Assembly: GCA_040954595.2 (NCBI GenBank) | Contig: CM082576.2 | Span: 8,559,129 to 8,623,128 of the forward strand | Length of the DNA stretch: 64,000 nucleotides | Origin: Balanoglossus misakiensis | Taxonomy: Eukaryota > Animalia > Hemichordata | Direction of reading: 5' to 3' | The notes under the pieces: generated by a model | Database searches by the model: none | The model's input: the letters and a program-made list of their open reading frames with translations, nothing else | What the model was told of the DNA's origin: nothing | Translations under genes and position numbers: made by a program | Part shown: positions 38,001 through 48,100 of the stretch, piece after piece | Layout of the letters: the number at the start of each line of letters is the position of its first letter | Position numbering within the stretch: position 1 is the stretch's first letter

Positions 38001-41000
38001 GGTTTACTAGTTTGGACCACTTGACCGTCCACTTAACCCTTGAAACCAACTGAGAACGGCTACAGTTTGTCAACGGTGAAGTGCACGTAAAAAAAAAGGA
38101 AAGAGATTGTTTTATTATGTTTGCTTCTAATAATGTGCCTGATTGCTTGTTAAATATTTTACCAGAATCCAATGCCTTCATTTCCGACTGTTGACGAAAC
38201 TATCTCCATGGAGGCCGAAACCATCTCCATGGCTGCCGTGACAATTGAATTCATTATAAGAGATGCATGTGACCTTGATACCCACACAGAGGGACCCTCG
38301 GCTCGCAGGGATAATGAATACACACCATCCGAAGAAGTCAATGCCATTGTCTCTGCAAAATGGTGCAACCACTGAGAATTCAGACAGTCCATTGATGGGG
38401 CAGTGCAAGCAGAAACTACGATTTTACACTTGACCTTGGACAGCTACAGAAAAAAAATGCTGATGACAGCCTTCCCACAGGTGTACGAATACAAATTTAC
38501 CATCAACTGGAACTTCAACTGCCCAAATCTGTAGGAACTACCAGAGTACAAATGTGCAGTACCGGTGGTAAAAATGCGATGGAGTGAATACCCCCCCCCC
38601 CCACACACACACACACCTTTTTGCCCCAATTCAAAGATCAGCATGGCTATTACGTACTAGACAATGGTGGCCAATTATGATAATTATACAGACAAAATTC
38701 TAAACAAAGGCGAAGCCCTTCTTCTAGACTGGGCTGCTGCAGCGCCATGGCAAACGGCAGGAATACAGGAAACATTCATTCAACGGGCAACACAAGTTGC
38801 TTGCAGTGATGGTGATATAAATTACCCCTTTCAGCCTTTTGTCCGCAACGTCAAACAGAACAATTGTCCGGGACTGTAAATTTACAGCGATGCTTTCAGA
38901 ATTTGTATGCCCCCACCCTCCCCGCCATAATTATGCATTTTCCTCTTGTCCATTACTTGGCGTTAAACCATTGCCTCGCGGCCAATGATGATACCTGCTC
39001 CGTGAGCCGGAACAGCGGATCATCCCATTCTCAGAGTCAATGTCAATGCCAGGGTCTCGTGGGGGTCGGGACCTGTCACCAGCTCGGCTGGACGTCAAAA
39101 GAAATGGTTACAGTATTCTTGTCGCTGGCTGTCACTCGAAACCTGTGATATACGGTTTCACAGCACGACGCCAAACTAAAAAGAATCAGTTTACCCCAAC
39201 GAGTCCGCTGACCCATGCCGGGAAATGTCAGATGTAGCTAACACAACCGCGCCATACACACAAATACACAGAGATATAATGATGCACATTATTTCAATCC
39301 TTACAATGAACATTTTCCTTGAAAGAACACATTTTCTTTCAAACAGTTGGATTACGGTTGGATTACAATGTACACCTGTCACCTGACTGCAATGCTTTTG
39401 AGTGAGTGAGTGAGTGAGTGAGTGAGTGAGTGAGTGAGTGAGTGAGTGAGTGAGTGAGTGAGTGAGCGAATGAGACAGATAGAGAGTTTCCTATGCCCGA
39501 GAAGATCTCACCCAAGCCAAGGCAAGGATGGAACTTCTGGGGTCATTGCACCGACGACATCACCACCCTCCAAGACTCCTCACCTCACAACTGAGCACGC
39601 ACCGACTCAAATCGCGGGACTTGTGAGGTGCATTTGTCACGTTCGCCACTCGGGCAATCAGACTAAGAGACGACACTGTAGGCGTTTACATGTAACGCAA
39701 TTCTGGTTTATTGCAGGCCAGTAATTGTCCGGCAATGGGAGGAAGAATACAAACTGGGAAAATTTGATTTACCGTTTTGTTATTCCGAAATACTTGATTA
39801 TTATCTCATGGGTGTGATACAATGAACCTCTTTAAGTAAGGAATTTCACTTTTTTGCATTATGTGATTCGAGTTTTGTCCAGCTTATGCACATGGTCACG
39901 CGAGACTAAAATTCCAGAGAAATTTGCACTGGAATTTTCTTGACGCAAAGACATGTTCCTGCTGAATGCAAATATAACTTCACCAAAATAAAGAATATAA
40001 AACCTGCCTAGATACAGCTATAATTGATTAAATGCCTCTTGGCGAAATTCTCTTGAGATACATATATACAATATGTATGCATACTTCTGGGACAATACAG
40101 CCACCTCAAACACACACACGTATGTATCATTATCTACTGAAATCTCCATACTTGGATGAACCGTCAGAAAATCCAGATACCATCTTGACACTTTGCCTGG
40201 GGCCAGCACACACACACACACATCGAGATCCCACGGCATGTTAGGTTTCCATGGAAACCATTCTAAAAATAACGCAGCTTCGCAGTATTTCAAGACATGA
40301 AGAAACACATCAAACCAAACAATCGGTGATCATAAAAAAGAGATATCTAAAATTACTCGGCCCGTTGCTATGCTCCACCCCCACCCCCCCCCCCCCCCTC
40401 TCCCCGAGGCTGCAGTGTGATGGAGTGAATGGAGCTTGCATTGAAAATGCCCTCTTGGCACTAATCAGGCATGGTGTATTAGCACATGACACCCCTGATT
40501 AAGCACTCTATTGGAAGGGGTAATACACAAAGTAGTTTCCAACAGTTGGCTTCTGGCACAACAAGTGCTCAGTTGTGCCTTCTGTGGATAATGGAATAAA
40601 AAGGTCATTTGCGAAAGCTGGAGAGGTTGATATGCCAACTCTGCTTCCAGACTCTTCTGTGCAATAGGAAAAAAAATTAAGTCAGTAGAAATGGAATGGG
40701 AATAATTCACTTGACTTTTAGCCAGCACAGATCAAAACAAAGAACGCAAATGGAACTCTTACTGTTCATTGAAGAACAATGGTAGAGGGTTACCACTATT
40801 GTGTATGTGGTACTTGGGCAAGTCAATGAATAATCTACATCTTCTCAACATAATAATTACATTATTGTGTACTAAGATGTACTGAAAGTGAAATAGTCCA
40901 TGTCAATTTTCCATTTTCTTATAGTAAACAGGAGGAATTCAAAAGGAAAGAAGTCAGAAAGACAAGGAGGGAGACAACAGTGATTGTCAGTATACTGACT

Positions 41001-44000
41001 ACATGTACCTGTGCTCCAAAGACACCAAGAATATTATTTCACGATCACCAACCCCATTTCCAGGAGTGATGTATTGCCAAATGTAAATTACATAACTGTG
41101 AAGAAAAAAAACACACACATCGAGCTATAGAAAGGCAGAGACATGCCCAGCAGCACTGTGGCACATTTTGTCAAATCAACCGCTGTCACGATGCTGTGAA
41201 CGCTCAAACAATGCCCCAGGTAGGACTGGGTGCAGCCATCCTGCAATCCTTTCAAAGAAAACAAACTGGGATAAACAGCAGTGGAACCAAGTAGTACACA
41301 ACACATTCACCTCCAGACTGGCGGCCACTCCAGTTGTCAACACAACTGGAGAGGCGACTTTTGTTTTGTTGAATTACTGGAGGAAATCTGTTGTAAAGAG
41401 ACTTCTATTCTTGGGGGCTCTGGAGAGTATGTAACAATGGACATTGGTTCCCCATGTGCGGTTTCTGGTCACAACTATTTTGACACTCTGCCACATTTCT
41501 CTTTGCCCCCACCGGCCATCAGTACGTGAGCAGGGTATTGTACCATACACGTCGGGCAAATTGGCTTTTTAATTCCAACCTGTCCTGAAGGCTGTGTTTG
41601 ACTAATGAAAACCAAATCTGCACAACAGACTATTCTTGTGAAAAAGAAAGAGACAGAGACAGGGAGAGGGGGAAAGGAATGTGCAGGGCAGATCTGGAAA
41701 ACAGCTCATCACACACAGGGGGCACTACCTGTCCACTATGTGTCACTGTCTCACACAGTACATGTATGTGCTCAGTCAAGCTCACACGTACATGTACACA
41801 CTGCCATTTCATATTGAGAAGATTCCAGTTGCCCTGAGAGATGTTTGTTCAAATTCAATATCCTGCAAGTTCAACAGGGGAGTCTGACAGCCTTCAAATG
41901 GAGCACATTTGCCACTTCAAACTCATGCCTACTTGGAGTAAGGAGGTCACAAACATACCTCTTGCACATCACAATGAGGTTACAAGCAAAGTGGAATTCA
42001 CAGCATTAAAAAAAAACCATTTCGAAAAAAGAAAGACCGTTTATCCCTCACCCTACACAAGACAATCTCCAAAACACAATACCCACCCCACCTCAATCAC
42101 AGACTGAAGTCTGACACTCCGTCTTTTCCATTGCCAGCACAAAAAAGGCATCAGCCAGTTTGCTGTTTGCTTGATGACCCAAGAAAGATAATCCTTCAGT
42201 CCAGAACCTGCCAACTGCAAACAGTTATCCTCAGCTGAGTGGACAATAAAGTGACCCTCTTAAGTCAATATTACTAAGCATAATAACAGTGTTAAATTTC
42301 TTCAAAAGGGGACAATACCACCACATCCAGCAACATCTTTCAATCAGTCCGGGCATTCAAAGAGCTTGAACAAACAACTTTGAACAAGTCACTACTCCTC
42401 AATACGTGTGCATCTACATGAAGTATCACAACTAATGCGCTCAATCTCTTGACTCGGAAGTTTGTTGGCATTTTTTCTTCATTACACTGTTGTTATTTCG
42501 AATAGAAATCTAAACACTCTGACTGATTCACAAATCACATTGTTAGATCCCTGGTACAGGGAACGTGGGGTTAAAGGGTTTGAAAAATCTACAACCAAAC
42601 CAAAAGTTGAAAAAGGACCAGTACAGTACTGAGAGACAGTTAGTTCACTGGTGAGAAAAAAGGTACCAACATCATGTTTAATTAGATGCCAGGATTTCAT
42701 GCCTAGAGCACTCACCATAGTAATCGGAGGTTATACACCACAGTATGACAGCCCTTTCTTCAAAACTCAGAAGTACATGTGTATGTGTTTTGATTCACTG
42801 TCACTTACTAAAATGGTGACTGCTAAAATGTGGGCTTTCTTTTCAGAACCATAGCAGATAATTACTAGTAGTAGTAATTATACATGTAGGAAAGCCAAAA
42901 TATGGAATCTTCAGTGCTTTCGCTGAATTATTTTACATTGTAGGCCCCACAAGATCTGAATATTTCCACAGCAAGGCAACGTTCAGAGCACAGTATTCTT
43001 GGAATGCTGCCAGGGGTATCAGCAGTCAAACATGTGTTTGTCTGTGTGTGTGTGATACCACTGTCCAACTCAAACATACTATCTTGATCCAATTAGAGCT
43101 CCATGGATGGGTACTAAAACAAACACACAAATCTGTATGATGGCCGACTGAAAATAATCCTCATCCATTACTTTTTTCACATTTCTAGCATTGTGTCATG
43201 CAGACCATGCCAAACAGGGTCACACAGTGCATCAACCACCGGGCCCCAATGGCACACACAGAATGTATTCCTAACAATGATGACCCTTTTCCCTACAGCG
43301 AGACAATCATATTGCCAGTGAGAGACCAGATCAAACACTGGAAGCATGGGCACTATGAGTGCTGACCTCTTTTGAGTTGCATGACCCATGATGTGTCACT
43401 GCACTTAGATTGTATAAGTGTTATTTTGGGGTGAAACAAAAACAAAATTAATTGCCAGAAAATTCCAGTGTGGCTGGCAAAATAGAAATCTTTCATGCAC
43501 CATAAAGTGTGAAGCACACCTGAAGTTGGTAGACCTGTAGCAAGAAACAAGGTGTTGACACCACATGACCACAACATATCCAAAAGATTATATACACAAA
43601 ATACCAGTCAGCAAAAGGGGGGAGGGTGGAATTCACATTTACACTATGAAATAAACTCATAAATGGCACATTTCGATTCAGGTCTCTTTTTTACATGAGA
43701 AAGTTATGAAAGTTGCTGGTACCACACCACTGCTAACAGCTAAGGTTTACCTCACAAGACCAGAATCACAATTTGTGACATTGTGTACATTTCATTCACA
43801 AATTGTGATTTTGATCATCATTCTGTCATATCATGGAGTTATGTTTCTGACTTCAACCCGTGTCTGGTTTCACATAAATCCAGTTCGAGCACAACAAGGG
43901 TGTACACAGTCACCAATATTTGAAACCATGGCCACGGGTGTCTGGGAAAGCATTGCTGACATTGAAATTTGAACTACGCCACACAAGTGCACTGTGCTAG

Positions 44001-44648
44001 TGAACTTTCGGAACATGTCATGTCATTATAACCTTCGTCCCACGCAGCTACACGACGTAGAACTGGAATAGTGGGCTGCAAACGTGTGATACAGAGACCC
44101 TGGGGAGTGGCCCAGGTAACTACGACACAGTTCTTAGTGTAATACTACATGCTGTCACTTTCAAGTTTTCGACAACTTCGTTTTGAGTTTCCAGTCGGGT
44201 AACGTTACATAATAAGGTTATTCACACAAAAGTTGTTGGCATGGGAACGTTATTGCCTTAGGCGAGGGATATTCGCAGACGCCGAGCTATATTCAGGAAG
44301 TGCGATAAAAACAACTACAGGAGAGGGTGTTGCTGCGAACGTTATTGGTGGGGTTAGTACGGGTCGAAGGTGTCGCCATTCAACTCACCTGAGCAGGTAG
44401 ACTGCACGTTCGATATCACCGAGCTTCTCGTCAACAGTTAGCCTGTCAATCTCCTCTGGAGACTGCAAATAAATAATCGTGCAAATTAACATCCATTGCG
44501 TTTGTTCAACGTTCAAACCACACACAATTTTGAAACGAGGAGGTGATATACTGCTGACACAAACCTTGAGCCCTTTCGTGATGGTTCTTTCCAAACTCAG
44601 CTCTGCAAAACTCTCGGCTAGTTGGTCAGCTCCTTCAGGCCACTCCAT
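13963..44648 (-). CDS. PPP4R4: Serine/threonine-protein phosphatase 4 regulatory subunit 4 (HEAT-repeat protein), about 871 aa, 23 coding exons
   Basis: All exons have GT-AG boundaries and continuous frame (2616 nt). Peptides such as SPEEIDRLTVDEKLGDIERAVYLLS, LCQDVDYEVRGCMCRQL, AYNFP and DPVANVRLKFCHLLP match human PPP4R4 as recalled. The last four exons (disordered tail) are less certain. Confidence 0.93.
14347..14432 (-). CDS. PPP4R4: PPP4R4 exon 22
   Basis: Acceptor TCTTGTAG, donor CAG|GTAAGT; RPRKGSDGSAAQATAQNVVKRLYNESTSS; phase 2 to 1. Confidence 0.75.
15606..15693 (-). CDS. PPP4R4: PPP4R4 candidate alternative terminal exon (paralog of exon 22)
   Basis: Acceptor CCTCTACAG; phase-2 entry gives RPRSRGGSDGNIIGLKATPTRSSNVISVF*. 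Its 5' part resembles exon 22. Confidence 0.45.
16539..16632 (-). CDS. PPP4R4: PPP4R4 exon 21
   Basis: Acceptor CATCCCAG, donor AG|GTAAAT; GNKMVKSLSSAKSSKTGKNSPIGDAPSSSSI. Confidence 0.75.
18062..18169 (-). CDS. PPP4R4: PPP4R4 exon 20 (symmetric, possibly cassette)
   Basis: Acceptor GCCAAAG, donor AAG|GTCAGT; GSKTAKSSNVSGKKAGQANSNSSLLPGPPPHLSSNK; phase 1-1. Confidence 0.55.
18803..18986 (-). CDS. PPP4R4: PPP4R4 exon 19 (charged coiled region)
   Basis: STNKSYNEDDIADQRKEEEERLLIELEE...; CCTCCAG / G|GTACGT. Confidence 0.9.
19176..19217 (-). CDS. PPP4R4: PPP4R4 exon 18
   Basis: SVLELDKIQISMES; CTGCAG / GTAAGT. Confidence 0.9.
19376..19668 (-). CDS. PPP4R4: PPP4R4 exon 17
   Basis: ECCHGNSSWKRILFMDIC...DPVANVRLK...EKDRDVAERIRL; CCCCAG / GTGAGT. 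Confidence 0.95.
19879..19984 (-). CDS. PPP4R4: PPP4R4 exon 16
   Basis: RVLPVKLAAARTICVFIRHNRKLEQRQDLCCRLIE; CAACAG / GTATGG. Confidence 0.93.
20253..20435 (-). CDS. PPP4R4: PPP4R4 exon 15
   Basis: LTGLSDLVPALMAAE...SDQIYYKFLPVLFKHLTTN; TTTCAG / GTGAGT. Confidence 0.95.
20618..20930. mobile_element. MITE with ~20-bp TIRs flanked by TA
   Basis: Left end TGCAGCAGTCAATGTTAACC; reverse complement of right end TGCAGCAGTTAATGTAATCC. TA on both sides; C/G-run-rich interior; no ORF. Confidence 0.7.
22863..22946 (-). CDS. PPP4R4: PPP4R4 exon 14
   Basis: VLEGLVPHIPETLEMFAKGGGNVVTESK; CCTAG / GTAACG. Confidence 0.92.
23177..23254 (-). CDS. PPP4R4: PPP4R4 exon 13
   Basis: VAKLLGSSVVTIQQELISLLKDDSTE; CCACAG / GTAGGT. 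Confidence 0.93.
23788..23907 (-). CDS. PPP4R4: PPP4R4 exon 12
   Basis: CMVLFAGARNFKAELYSTFSSMCDDPHRLVRRTVACGFHE; TACCAG / GTGAGC. Confidence 0.93.
25285..25362 (-). CDS. PPP4R4: PPP4R4 exon 11
   Basis: TPNVLNIFEEEDSYAECRQCAAYNFP; TTGCAG / GTAAGT. Confidence 0.92.
27153..27253 (-). CDS. PPP4R4: PPP4R4 exon 10
   Basis: VNLNEDQKIWFLNFYRRLCVLGLMDGKSKSSDRM; TTTCAG / GTGAGT. Confidence 0.92.
27784..27906 (-). CDS. PPP4R4: PPP4R4 exon 9
   Basis: ETCVNTIIPLMCRFCENAFQHEDSTLPSVAHQFGRLCHGLS; TCGTAG / GTGAGA. Confidence 0.93.
28172..28293 (-). CDS. PPP4R4: PPP4R4 exon 8
   Basis: LESTKSAILPELVELSNDEESFVRLAALETVVSLLSLLDD; TTGTAG / GTGAGT. Confidence 0.95.
29441..29915. repeat. Tandem duplication of a ~130-bp unit, first copy interrupted by an insertion
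   Basis: TATTGTTGACATGTACA..GTAATTCAAAAGGG(G)ACAATGA and TAATGTGTT..CACAACTGTCA..CAGG each occur twice (about 29441-29770 and 29782-29915). Confidence 0.8.
29502..29716. mobile_element. Degenerate piggyBac-like MITE inserted at a TTAA site
   Basis: Begins (G)TAA-CCCTTTCAAAGCC and ends GTTCAAAAGG-CTAA. The uninterrupted second repeat copy has TTAA at the equivalent position. Confidence 0.6.
30545..30652 (-). CDS. PPP4R4: PPP4R4 exon 7
   Basis: IKKEILPLVTSLCQDVDYEVRGCMCRQLDAVARGLG; CCACAG / GTAAGC. Confidence 0.95.
30961..31067 (-). CDS. PPP4R4: PPP4R4 exon 6
   Basis: ILTIAINKGQLSQSVHSRLASCKILGRIATKFDSF; TCGCAG / GTAAGT. Confidence 0.95.
31388..31461 (-). CDS. PPP4R4: PPP4R4 exon 5
   Basis: AIAYSWLETLLEVISHLPKDIIKKE; CTGCAG / GTAAGT. 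Confidence 0.93.
33695..33975 (+). mobile_element. 5'-truncated, degenerate LINE remnant (CR1/L2-group ORF2 C-terminus)
   Basis: Frameshifted peptide pieces LMYKVMNNLAPAYL, RGDLY, YNGVKIWNSLPA and SLQSFK match the post-RT C-terminal motifs of CR1/L2-group elements. Confidence 0.75.
34499..34646 (-). CDS. PPP4R4: PPP4R4 exon 4
   Basis: EVLHVAGSDVQVAATQSFLHIIEDQIVSYQVFAQTFLQSMLLSIDNRDP; CAACAG / GTAGGT. Confidence 0.95.
35362..35464 (-). CDS. PPP4R4: PPP4R4 exon 3
   Basis: SGQEVQRISVIKSLPQLLQDHNADCMKRVVPKVK; GAACAG / GTGAGT. Confidence 0.95.
35527..35554. repeat. (CTAAT)n microsatellite
   Basis: About five tandem CTAAT units. Confidence 0.85.
36131..36214. mobile_element. Very short piggyBac-like MITE remnant
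   Basis: TTAA-CCCTTTCTGGCC at left, GGCTTGAAAGGG-TA at right (imperfect TIR). Confidence 0.4.
39399..39466. repeat. (TGAG)n microsatellite
   Basis: About 17 perfect tandem TGAG units. Confidence 0.95.
44389..44462 (-). CDS. PPP4R4: PPP4R4 exon 2
   Basis: SPEEIDRLTVDEKLGDIERAVYLL; TTGCAG / GTGAGT. Confidence 0.95.
44565..44648 (-). CDS. PPP4R4: PPP4R4 exon 1 (start codon)
   Basis: MEWPEGADQLAESFAELSLERTITKGLK; ATG in ACGATGG context; donor AAG|GTTTGT. Confidence 0.88.
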
Positions 44649-44739
44649 CGTTAGTTTTATCTTCCCACTCGTCCCATATATTTGATATGTTGTTGATCAA
44701 TAAAAAATGTAAATTCTCAATAACTAGACAGCCTAAACA

Positions 44740-45120
44740 GTCCGGGTTGTCATGGTAAACGAGCGAGATTTACAGATTAATCGGTTACATTTTCCGAGTT
44801 CAATAGTACACCACAGTACACAAACAACACGCCGCCATTCCTAAAATATGTTACGTCAGGAAGACTACCATAATGCACCGCGACGAGATTTTCTCGGTGA
44901 GATTATACGAGAGCACTCATGCTGAACTCTAAAAGGGCTCTGGGTCGATACATCTTGCTCGGCAAGTGTTAGATTAAAAGATACTTTTGAGTGACAACTG
45001 TTGAGAAAAGATGTATATAAATTTTGTAAAGCGTCCGTAAAATACAAAGCCATTTTTTCTTAGCGTATCAGTTGACAGGGAAACTAGTGTACATTGTATA
45101 GCGACGTAACCATGGAAACT
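44740..45120 (-). promoter_or_regulatory. PPP4R4 promoter with RFX X-box-like sites
   Basis: GTTGTCATGGTAAAC (44746-44760), GTAACCATGGAAAC (45106-45119), YY1-like GCCGCCATT (44831-44839) and CRE-like TTACGTCA (44851-44858). CpG-rich. Confidence 0.6.
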
Positions 45121-48100
45121 AAACGCTTGGGCCCTTGCCTCAGTCAGACTCGCAGTAGTTGCCCCGAGCTTTTACGAACGCATTTACTCTCTCTATATAA
45201 TTTCTTTATCGAAACGGGCTTCCAACCGTTTGCTGTCTGAAATAATAAAAACATAAACGTAGGCCTCAGACTGGAAAAATGCAAAGTTCACTGGTAGTCC
45301 TACACATTATATTTTCCCGCACATTATTTAGGTCACAGATTTTTGATTAGAGTGATTATTCCACTGTTGTAAAGCAACAAAGCTAAGGCCCATTAATAAC
45401 ATCCCAATTAAATGCTTTTACTTCTAGTGTATTTAGACTTTCCCACAATTCTTACTAAAATTCAACGGGTATCCCATCCGGGACCGTTGGTTGTCATTTT
45501 TGTCATTCGAGACATGAGTACCAAGAATTCGTTTTCAGTGTTTCCCCTTGCAGCTAAACGAAGCGAAACTGGTCTTGTTAATATGAAATTCCTCTAACAA
45601 CATCTGTCAATAAATGTTGAAGCGGGGAAGGGTAGGTGAGTCTCAGTATATGGTTTGGCAAAAAATGAACCGGAGTCGATTGGAGAAATTTCGATTGGCC
45701 TCCGAAGAATGGTCACCCGGGCATGGAAGGTGCCCACCACGCCGTTGCTATTCAAGGAACATTTGTGGTCGATTAGCCTTTGCCTATCAAAACATTTCGA
45801 TTTGAGATTTTTTTCCTTTCTATGGGAATAAGCGAGGCGCTGCAATGAATAATTAATGTGAGGAGCGTCACTTCAATGACGCGAATATACAAACCCGGTG
45901 AAGTGAGTGAAGACGGCGAATGGGGGATGGATTGGCTTTGTATGATATGATCGTGAACTCAGTGTTCAACACAGGATCTTTAGCCAAGTATATTAATGCG
46001 TTAGATTTCTATTGGAGTTGGGGTCAACGACTGCCGCACAACGGTATTCACCAGGAATGCTTAATCAATAAATTAGATTAATCTGCAGACTTTGGGGGAA
46101 AGGGTACAGTGACCACTATTACGGCAGGCTAGGTGTGAATGTGACTGCGAAATGCTAATAATAACGCTTGGTCGGAAAATTATTAGATTGGCCGGGAGTA
46201 CTATATCCAACAGGTTTCCGGTTACGGAAAGATCAACTATGGTTTCTTTCTCTGTACTCTGCACAGGTTCCTATTCGTCATCATCAACAACAACAACAAC
46301 AACACCGGAATACTAACTGTACACATAAAGGGCCGGGTGTGTTGACAAGTTAAATAGTAGAACCCCGGCTTACATCAAGCTTAAGGGAGTCGAACAAGAT
46401 GCTGCATATGATATAAAGGTTTGACACACCGATGAAAAATGTTTTTAAAATACCAAAAGGTATACAGCTAATGGACTTTCAAGTCCCATGGTATTGGATT
46501 ATTTTGCATTCTTCATATATGAGGATCGGCTGGTTATCAAACGTTGACAGTTAACACGTAAGTAGATAATGAACAATTAAAATGGTTGCAAGAAGGATAT
46601 GGCCGCCTACTACAACAAACTACACTACTGTCTATGATTTAACCAAGTATGCTGCATCATCCGTGACCCGGTACGCCCGATCGCGGCGTTCACGCAAACG
46701 TCCCAATTAAATTCGCATTGTGACTGGTGAATCCGAGTGTGATAGGATTGCCCGAGTGGCATTGATGAGGGATTTACAATAAAATATGTGTAGCAACGAA
46801 TGGATCACATCAACCAAACCCTTAACACACAGTGCGGCCATCGCTCACTTTATGAAGAACGTCACATTTCAGGATGATGTTTGTGAACTGTGGGTCTTCT
46901 CCACTGGCAGTAAGTTATTTGTTAAATGTGATCCTACCCTAAAAAACTAAATCGCTTGGCCCACTCCTCATAAAAAACTGGAGGCCCAATGAGACATCAG
47001 TACCTCTTTGATCGATCCCTTTTTGATCGATCACTCTTATCACTGATAAAAATAATGAACTATTTGAAGCTATGTATGCGTGACTAGCATAATAATCAGT
47101 GTCAATGACATTAATAAGGCTAAGGGAATAAAATATCGATCCTGGAAATCGCCCCTTCTTCTTTTCCCGATTATTCAATTTAAAAGAAATCGAAAAATGC
47201 ATATTGCTTAGAGCAGTCAGTTATGGGTTCTGCATTCAGTTGAAATGCTCAGAATTATGATATTTTACTTGTTATCATCGAGTGAATAAAACTACTATTG
47301 CAATAATTTGGATTCTGTGCGACATCATAATTATTGTGGATTTACACTGGCCAGTAACAATAATAATTTTTCTTCATCCGAGGAAAAATCTTTGTCTGTA
47401 TAATAATGATGCAGCTTTCGTATACAATGTACAAGGTGAATTGAAAAACAAATGGCCAGAAGGACGCCCTCACTAGGATACGTTTGGTGTGGTGTGTGCA
47501 ATGTTCCCAGCAATATTAAACAATACAAGGGATTTCGTCACATCAAAACTTTGTAAAAAAAAATCCACGTGAACATTTCACGAATGATACTCCATTTTTT
47601 AGCGAAAGTTTTCATAATGGCATTATACATGCCTTCTTTTCGCCCATGGACCGACGGAGAGGGGTATCAAAAATATGATTCCTGGAAATCACAACATGGA
47701 GGGATTAAACAGGTCTCTGTACTCAAAATTTCACAGTAAGCTTATTATCTCAACTAAGAGCAATTGAGACTCCGCTGGTCTAATATCCAGTTATTTTTAC
47801 AGCGGTATTTCTCTGACATTTGCAATGTTTGGGACTTAACGTATTTTGATAATGTTGTAACGGAAGTCCAGATGAAAAAGCGATAAACTAGGCTTATTTA
47901 GAAATACATCTTTATCCCTGGGATACAGCAGAAGATACCGCGTCACCTAGGCGATGTCATTAACCGAGCGAAGTTATTGACGCAGTCGCGATTCATTGAA
48001 AGCGAAGGTTCTCGGGACGGAGGCAGACCAGGCAGTCATCTTTATAGGGCGCCACCAAGTGGCGATAAGGTCTTTTTATTTTATAAATCGCTGTTTTTAG

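Noticed and set aside
39399-39466. Regular repeats as a possible CRISPR-like array
   Set aside because: Simple tetranucleotide microsatellite with no spacers; eukaryotic context.
13963-44648. U12-type or non-canonical introns in PPP4R4
   Set aside because: All modelled introns are GT-AG and none has the GTATCCTT donor signature.
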